Shown piece after piece: positions 58,359-64,000 of a stretch of 64,000 bases of DNA. The translations under genes were made by a program, and so were the position numbers. This DNA comes from Defluviicoccus sp. (GTDB lineage Bacteria > Pseudomonadota > Alphaproteobacteria > Rhodospirillales > Defluviicoccaceae): the NCBI GenBank assembly GCA_029624735.1, contig JARSSM010000016.1, positions 5,993 to 69,992 on the forward strand. The letters run 5' to 3'. How positions within the stretch are numbered: the stretch's first letter is position 1; every line of letters starts with the position of its first letter. Under the pieces are notes generated by a model. That model searched no databases. It saw only the letters and a list, made by a program, of their open reading frames with translations, and was not told where the DNA came from.

Positions 58359-59678
58359 CTATTGATACGCCGTCAGCTTGCCGTCGTCGCTCACGACGTA
58401 TAGGCGGCCGTCGGCGATAACGGGGATATGGCCGGCCCCGGCCGAAAGCTTGAGGCTGCCGACCTCGCGCCCGTCGCTGGGCGAGAGCAGCAAAGCCTTG
58501 CCGCGGGAGCCGATCACGACCAGGCGGTTACTGGCCAGGACTGGGCCGGTCCAGACGATCGGATCCTTTTGCTCCTTCTCGTTGGCGAAGACGGGCAGCT
58601 TGGCGACCCAGCGGATCGTCCCCTTGTCGCGCGTCAGGCAGACGAGTTCCTGCTGGCTCGTCACCAGAAAGGCATAGTCGCCCGCAATCCAAGCGCCATT
58701 GAGGGAGCCGATGTCCCGCTCCCACAGCCGGTCGCCGGTAGCGGCGTTCAGCGCCACCAGGATGCCGCCGTAACTGGCGGCGATCACTTGGCCGCGGTCA
58801 ACGGCGGGACGGCCGCGGATGTGCGAAACCGAGGCCAACTCGTCGGTCCTGCGGCCGGGAGCCAGCGATTCCGACCACATGACGCGGCCGGTAGCTGCGC
58901 GCAGCGCGATCAGGTCGCCGGAAGAGAACGGCGCGATGATGCTGTCCTCGGTCATGGCGGCGCTCGCGGTTCCGAGCAGGCCCGCGGCCTCGGACAACGC
59001 CTGGTGCGGCGGCCACAGGTCGCGGCCATCGGCGGCGTTCATGCCGTAAAGCACATTGTTGACCGTAATCGCGACCAGCCGGCCGCGCCCGACCGAAGGC
59101 GCGCCATGAATCGGCGCGCTGACGTTGCGGCTCCAGAGCTCCTTGCCGGTTGCAGCATTCAGCGCGAACACCTTGGCAAAGCCGGTGGTGGCGAAGAGGG
59201 AGCCGTTTGCGTAGGCAAGTCCGCCCGACAGCGCTTCATCGTCCTGCTTGCGGGCCAGGTCGACGTCCCACACCGTTTTGCCCGATCCGGCATCGAATGC
59301 GCGCACGCGCTGCTCTGAGTCCATCGTGAACACGCGGCCATCGGCGACGACTGGAGCGGGCAGGCGCGGCCGCTCGGCCGTGATGCCATCGCCGATGCTG
59401 ACCGACCAAACCGGTTGCAAGGAGCTCCCCAGCCGAACATGGTAAAGCGGCCGGTCGCCAGAGCCGCCATCCTGTGGCCAGGCCAAGTTGTTTTCCGGCG
59501 GCGGCAGGACAATCGGCTCCAGCGATGCCTGCAGATCCGGTTGCAGCGCCGTCTGATGCGCGAGCACCGAGACGCGGGTGCCTGGCAGGGCCTCTTCCTT
59601 CTTCTTGCCGAACCAGCTTTCGCAACCGCCGAGAAGGCCCAGCGCCGCGACCGCGGCAATCAACCGAAGGTATCGCAT
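58359..59678 (-). CDS. bamB: Outer membrane assembly lipoprotein BamB (PQQ-like beta-propeller)
   Basis: Lipobox LGGC, repeated propeller blades (A.DA.TG...W); position between yfgM and der. Confidence 0.85.
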   Translation of the reverse strand: MRYLRLIAAVAALGLLGGCESWFGKKKEEALPGTRVSVLAHQTALQPDLQASLEPIVLPPPENNLAWPQDGGSGDRPLYHVRLGSSLQPVWSVSIGDGITAERPRLPAPVVADGRVFTMDSEQRVRAFDAGSGKTVWDVDLARKQDDEALSGGLAYANGSLFATTGFAKVFALNAATGKELWSRNVSAPIHGAPSVGRGRLVAITVNNVLYGMNAADGRDLWPPHQALSEAAGLLGTASAAMTEDSIIAPFSSGDLIALRAATGRVMWSESLAPGRRTDELASVSHIRGRPAVDRGQVIAASYGGILVALNAATGDRLWERDIGSLNGAWIAGDYAFLVTSQQELVCLTRDKGTIRWVAKLPVFANEKEQKDPIVWTGPVLASNRLVVIGSRGKALLLSPSDGREVGSLKLSAGAGHIPVIADGRLYVVSDDGKLTAYQ

Positions 59679-60352
59679 TATCGATTTTCCATGCCGGACT
59701 GCGCGAGCACTTGGCTGGCGCGCGCCCGTGCTTCCGAAGGGGCCTGTGGGTCGTTCCGCAAGGCTTCGAGAAGCTCCTTGGCCTTGAGCTGGTCGCCCCG
59801 CTCGAGTGAAACGGCAGCCAGGAGCTCTTGTGCCGTGTAGCGCCAGGGCTGGTCGGTGGCGGTGAGCGGCGCCAGTTCGGCGCTCAGCGTTTCGAGCGCG
59901 GCGAGATTGGCCTGCGGCTGTTCGAGAGCTAGCATCGCGCGAAACAAGGTGCCGAGGGAGGCATAAAGGGGGTCGCTGGTGGTGGTTGCCAGCTTCTGGT
60001 AGGCGTCGCGCGCGCCGGCACGATCCCCCGCTCGCGCCAGTGCATCGGCTGCCCGCAGCCGCGCCAGGACGGCGATGTCGCCCGGTCCGTCTTCGGCCAA
60101 GGCGGTGAATGCGTGCGCGGCTGCCGACGGATCGGTCGCGACCAATCGCGCTGCTTCGGCCAGGCGGCGGCTGGCATCGGCGTGGGCGCTGCGCTGGTAG
60201 CTGCGCCAGCCTTCTGCGCCGGCAACGATCACCACGAGAACGATGGCCCCCCCCACCAGCAGCGAGCCGTACTTCTTCCACAGACGCGCGAGGCGGTCGC
60301 GCCGCAGGTCCTCGTCGACTTCGCGGATGAGGGTATCGGAGAGCGAGTTCAT
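59678..60352 (-). CDS. yfgM: YfgM-like TPR-containing inner membrane protein
   Basis: IREVDEDLRRD...WKKYG, single TM, helical repeats; yfgM-bamB-der synteny; TAATG coupling. Confidence 0.8.
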   Translation of the reverse strand: MNSLSDTLIREVDEDLRRDRLARLWKKYGSLLVGGAIVLVVIVAGAEGWRSYQRSAHADASRRLAEAARLVATDPSAAAHAFTALAEDGPGDIAVLARLRAADALARAGDRAGARDAYQKLATTTSDPLYASLGTLFRAMLALEQPQANLAALETLSAELAPLTATDQPWRYTAQELLAAVSLERGDQLKAKELLEALRNDPQAPSEARARASQVLAQSGMENR

Positions 60353-60410
60353 GCCGGATCTCGTTGTTCGTGCACGCGGCGGGGGTGGCCCAGGGCGAGA
60401 GGGTTGAATA

Positions 60411-61442
60411 TCACGTGTCGACTGCTCGCAACAGACCAAGCGTTACCGCCGGTCGGCTGCGGAGCGCCGCCTCCAGGCGGGCGAAGGCCGCATCGTCGCC
60501 GGGGAGGCCGAACCGCAGCCAGTGCGGCTGATCGGTAAACGGGCGCACCAGGATGCCGTTTCGCGCCAGATGTTCGAACAGGCCGTGCGCGTCCGCATCG
60601 GTGACGAGGCGAAACAGATCGGTGCCGCCGATGACCGTCAGCCCCGCTGCTGCGAGGAGTGCATCCAGCCGGCCGGCCGCACGTGCGAGCGAAGCGCGGG
60701 CCGCCGCAGTCCACCCGGCATCGCCGAGTGCCTCACTGCCGATCGCGAGGGCCGGCCCGCTGACGGCCCAGGGTCCTTGCGCTTCCGTAAGCTGGGCGAT
60801 GAGCGCCGGCGCGGCGATGACGAAGCCGAGGCGAAGGCCGGCGAGGCCGAAGAACTTGCCCACCGAGCGCAGCACGATGAGCGGGGCGCGGTCACAGTGG
60901 CCGGCGACGCTCACTTCCGGCATGACATCGGCAAAGGCCTCGTCAACCACGACGCAGTAGCGTTCGGCGAGCGCCAACACCTGCGCTGCCGTCAGGACCC
61001 TGCCATCCGGATTGTTGGGGTTGACGATCACAAGCGTGCCACAGGCCGCCGGAATGTCCTCGACCCGCGCGACGGTGTGGACGCGATGGCCGGCGGCGGC
61101 CCAGGCGCGTGCGTGTTCGGCATAGGTCGGAGCCAGGATCGCCACATCTTGTACCGGCGTGAGGATGCGCGGCAGCCATTGGATGGCGGCTTGGGTTCCC
61201 GCGACCGGCAGCACACAAGCCGGTCCCGGCGCGCCATAATAGCTGGCGGCGACAGCCTGCAGGCGCGCGGCTGCAGCCGCATCGGGCAGGCAGTGCCAGG
61301 TTTGCAGCGGCAGCGTCGGGACAGGGTAGGGATGGGGCGAGATGCCGGTCGACAGATCGAGCCAGGCGGAAGCCGGGATGCCGAAGCTGCGGGCGGCAGC
61401 GGCAATGGCTCCGCCGTGCAGCCGCCAGGGATCTGCCGGCAT
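60411..61442 (-). CDS. cobC: L-threonine-O-3-phosphate decarboxylase (aerobic-pathway CobC, CobD-like)
   Basis: HGG...WLDLSTGISP, GTQAAIQWLP, VNPNNPDG, VDEAF, RSVGKFFGLAGLRLGF, LRFGLP. Confidence 0.88.
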   Translation of the reverse strand: MPADPWRLHGGAIAAAARSFGIPASAWLDLSTGISPHPYPVPTLPLQTWHCLPDAAAAARLQAVAASYYGAPGPACVLPVAGTQAAIQWLPRILTPVQDVAILAPTYAEHARAWAAAGHRVHTVARVEDIPAACGTLVIVNPNNPDGRVLTAAQVLALAERYCVVVDEAFADVMPEVSVAGHCDRAPLIVLRSVGKFFGLAGLRLGFVIAAPALIAQLTEAQGPWAVSGPALAIGSEALGDAGWTAAARASLARAAGRLDALLAAAGLTVIGGTDLFRLVTDADAHGLFEHLARNGILVRPFTDQPHWLRFGLPGDDAAFARLEAALRSRPAVTLGLLRAVDT

Positions 61443-61500
61443 TACGCCCGTCCGGGGACGGCGCCCGGGAGGCACACCGGCATGGCGCGAGCGGCTTCGC

Positions 61501-62277
61501 TCACGGCGCAGGCGGCGCGCCGGCCGCGCCATCGTGGTGCAAATAGCGGCGGTGCAGGCGGATGCTGAAGGGAAGCGAGCCAAGATAGGCGATCTGCGTC
61601 AGCGCCAGGGTGATCCAGGGCGAACTGACGAGGACGGCGACATAAAAGGCGACGCCAAGCATGGTCGGCAAGATGACGGCGGGAGCGAGGCGGATCTTCT
61701 TGAACGAGAAGGTCCGCACGCGGCTGACCTGCAGCAGCGCGCCGACGGTGATGAAGGTGCCGACCAGCACCGGATTGCGCAGCACGTCGCTTTCGAAATG
61801 GAACCATAGGACCATGGGCAACAGGACGGTGCCGGCCCCGGCCGGTGCGGGCACGCCGACGAAAAAGTTCTGGCTCCAGGCCGGCTCCTCGCCGCCGATA
61901 TCGGAATTGAAGCGCGCCAGCCGCAGCGCTGAGCTGGTGCACAGCAGCATGACCAGGAACCAGCCGAAGCGGCCGCTGTCGGCCCAGGCCCAGAGGTAGA
62001 GGGTGATGGCGGGAGCAACGCCAAAGCACAAGAAGTCCGAGAGCGAGTCGAGCTCGGCGCCGAACTTGCTGGTTCCCTTCAGCATGCGCGCAATCCGGCC
62101 GTCAAGCGCGTCGAAGACGCCTGCGGCAACGATCGCCAGCACGGCGTGTTCCCAGCGCTCCTCGAGCGCAAAGCGCAGAGCGTTGAGCCCGGCCGAAAGC
62201 GCCAGCAGGGTGAGGATGCTGGGAATCATCCGGTTGATGTGCAGGACCTTAAGCGATTGGCCACGGCGGATCTGCAT
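61501..62277 (-). CDS. pssA: CDP-diacylglycerol--serine O-phosphatidyltransferase
   Basis: DALDGRIAR...G...DSLSDFLCFGVAP CDP-alcohol motif; LRLARFN; adjacent to psd. Confidence 0.92.
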   Translation of the reverse strand: MQIRRGQSLKVLHINRMIPSILTLLALSAGLNALRFALEERWEHAVLAIVAAGVFDALDGRIARMLKGTSKFGAELDSLSDFLCFGVAPAITLYLWAWADSGRFGWFLVMLLCTSSALRLARFNSDIGGEEPAWSQNFFVGVPAPAGAGTVLLPMVLWFHFESDVLRNPVLVGTFITVGALLQVSRVRTFSFKKIRLAPAVILPTMLGVAFYVAVLVSSPWITLALTQIAYLGSLPFSIRLHRRYLHHDGAAGAPPAP

Positions 62278-62287
62278 CGCTCGACCT

Positions 62288-62980
62288 CTACCGGCACGCG
62301 CCCGCGCGGGGCCCTTCGCTGGCGGCGACGTCGGCCAGCACCGTCTCGCCGGCGATGCAGCGCTGACCCAGCGCGACCAGCGGCGCAACGGGGGTGGGAA
62401 GGTAGACATCGACCCGGCTGCCGAAGCGAATCATGCCGATCCGCTGGCCGGTCTGTACCGCATCGCCGTCAATGACCCAGGCACAGATGCGGCGTGCAAT
62501 CAGCCCCGCAATCTGGACGACGACGAGGGGCTTGCCGTCGTCCGTGGCGATCAGGAACGAGCGGCGCTCGTTATCGTCACTCGACTTGTCGGCAGCGGCA
62601 CTGACGAAGCGGCCCGGACGGTAGGCGGTGCGAATGATGCGGCCATCGACCGGGGCGCGGTTGATGTGGACGTCGAAGATGCTCATGAAGATCGACACCC
62701 GCGTGAAGGTCGATCCTTCGACGGCGAGTTCGGGCGGCGGCGTTGCCGGCCCGATGGCGACGATCAGGCCGTCGGCAGGACTGACGATCAGGCCGCGGCG
62801 CGTCGGCGTTACGCGCGGTGGATCGCGGAAGAAATACGCACACCAAGCCGTGATGATGAGGCCGCACAGACCCGCGGCCGGCGACAACACGGTGAGACCG
62901 CCCGCACCGGCCGCGGCGATGGCGATGAACGGCCATCCTTGGCGGTGAATCGGGACCAGGAACGCGCGCAGGACGGACAT
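62288..62980 (-). CDS. psd: Phosphatidylserine decarboxylase proenzyme
   Basis: YFFRDPPR, SPADG, SIFMSIFDVHINRAP, QIAGLIARRI, IRFGSRVD autocleavage motif. Confidence 0.93.
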   Translation of the reverse strand: MSVLRAFLVPIHRQGWPFIAIAAAGAGGLTVLSPAAGLCGLIITAWCAYFFRDPPRVTPTRRGLIVSPADGLIVAIGPATPPPELAVEGSTFTRVSIFMSIFDVHINRAPVDGRIIRTAYRPGRFVSAAADKSSDDNERRSFLIATDDGKPLVVVQIAGLIARRICAWVIDGDAVQTGQRIGMIRFGSRVDVYLPTPVAPLVALGQRCIAGETVLADVAASEGPRAGACR

Positions 62981-63048
62981 TCGCTCAGTCCGCCCGATCG
63001 GTTCCTGACGACCGTCCGGCAATAATCGTCACGGGCGGGGAACGCGGT

Positions 63049-63678
63049 TCATCGCCGACGGCCGGCCTGCGCGCGCCGGTAATGCCAGACCGACGCCGGC
63101 GGCAGGTTGGAGACGATCCACCGTGCACGGCGGCCACTGATGCCTACGCGCTGGCAGACCTCGCGCGGGACCGGCGACGCCGGTCCGTAGGTGAACTGCA
63201 CGAAATCACCGTGCTCGCCCATCACCTCAAAGGCGGCGCTCAGGATCCGCTGGCAGTCCTCGCGCGTCAGGCACAGAAGGGGAATGCCAGAGACGACGGC
63301 TTTGACCGGTTCGGTGATGCCGTGCTCGGTCAAGAGCGGCTTGAGGTCACGCGCGTCGGCGCAAAGCAGGCGAACGTCCGGCAGGCGGGCCGCGATCACG
63401 TCGCACAAGGCCGGTTCGCACTCGACGACAATCAGCGAGCTGGCAGGCACTCCCGCATCGAGCAGCGCTTCCGTCACCTTGCCGGTGCCGCCGCCCAGCT
63501 CGACAACGACGCCGGGCGCGTTGACATCGATGCAGGCGGCGACCGCCGTCGCCAGCCCGCGGCTGCTGGGCAGGACGGCGCCAAGCTGGCCCGGCCGCCG
63601 CAGCCAGATCTTGAAGAAGGCCGCGTCGGCATTGTCGGTGGTACGGCGCGCGCCGTGTCGGAGTTTTCCCGAGTTCAT
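63049..63678 (-). CDS. pmtA: Phospholipid N-methyltransferase, rhizobial PmtA type (start uncertain)
   Basis: FFKIWLRRPGQLGAVLPSSRGLA, VVELGGGTG SAM motif, VVSGIPLL, FVQFTYG, NLPPASVW. Confidence 0.75.
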   Translation of the reverse strand: MNSGKLRHGARRTTDNADAAFFKIWLRRPGQLGAVLPSSRGLATAVAACIDVNAPGVVVELGGGTGKVTEALLDAGVPASSLIVVECEPALCDVIAARLPDVRLLCADARDLKPLLTEHGITEPVKAVVSGIPLLCLTREDCQRILSAAFEVMGEHGDFVQFTYGPASPVPREVCQRVGISGRRARWIVSNLPPASVWHYRRAQAGRRR

Positions 63679-63869
63679 CAGTGGTCGAAGTGTCCCGATC
63701 GGATTATTGAGCTGCGGTCGATCAAAAAGGAGTTGAGCCAAGGACGAACCCAGCGGTCCCGCTGCGGCTGCCCCGCCCCCCGATGTGCGGGCACCGTAGC
63801 ACACGGCTCCGAGGATGACGAGACCCTCGCCATCACCGCATCGACCGGCACGGCGTGTGCAGCAGTATC

Positions 63870-63923
63870 TTGACGGGCGCTGCGAACCAAACTAGAACAA
63901 TCTCCGTTGTTTTTCTTTTGTTC
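63870..63923 (+). promoter_or_regulatory. Sigma70-like promoter overlapped by alphaproteobacterial LexA (SOS) box
   Basis: TTGACG-N17-TAGAAC; GAAC-N7-GAAC at 63884-63898; weaker GTTT-N7-GTTC at 63909-63923. Confidence 0.65.
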
Positions 63924-64000
63924 CAGATCTTGGGGTTGCAGCGCGGCCGACCTGCAGCATCTGGACGGTCGGTTGAGTCGTGGACGAGTTGTTGCACGCC

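Noticed and set aside
59686-60281. Long N-terminal extension making a 640-aa BamB ORF
   Set aside because: Overlaps yfgM in another frame; the lipoprotein signal starts at ATG 59678
61443-61500. Cobalamin riboswitch upstream of cobC
   Set aside because: Gap is only 58 nt and no B12-box sequence is visible

Overview
High-GC bacterial chromosome segment, most likely Alphaproteobacteria (inferred from gltX-gltA, aapJQMP, serC-serA, yfgM-bamB-der, psd-pssA and a GAAC-N7-GAAC SOS box). Layout: (1) 1-12.4 kb is a complete N-methylglutamate methylamine-utilisation module (mgsABC, mgdABCD, XRE-cupin regulator, gmaS, purU, amtB). (2) 13-29.6 kb is an accessory block with a double-DoxX/NDH-2 fusion, two tandem OxyR-like LysR regulators, a peroxiredoxin-like protein, a bufferin-type MNIO (DUF692) RiPP cluster and a divergent SDR-cyclase-GMC-GH63-MFS operon. 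Three promoter regions in this block share an 11-bp-phased ATAG-N7-CTAT-type box, and no ECF sigma factor gene lies near the RiPP cluster. (3) 29.9-38 kb holds secreted proteins, an arylsulfatase, a small K+ channel and an MBOAT/SGNH pair. (4) 38-64 kb is mostly core genes, interrupted at 52.0-54.0 kb by a lone phage terminase small+large pair with no other phage gene, sitting between serA and serC. No rRNA, intact tRNA, CRISPR array, integrase or transposase was recognised. All product calls come from motif recognition by eye, not database searches.
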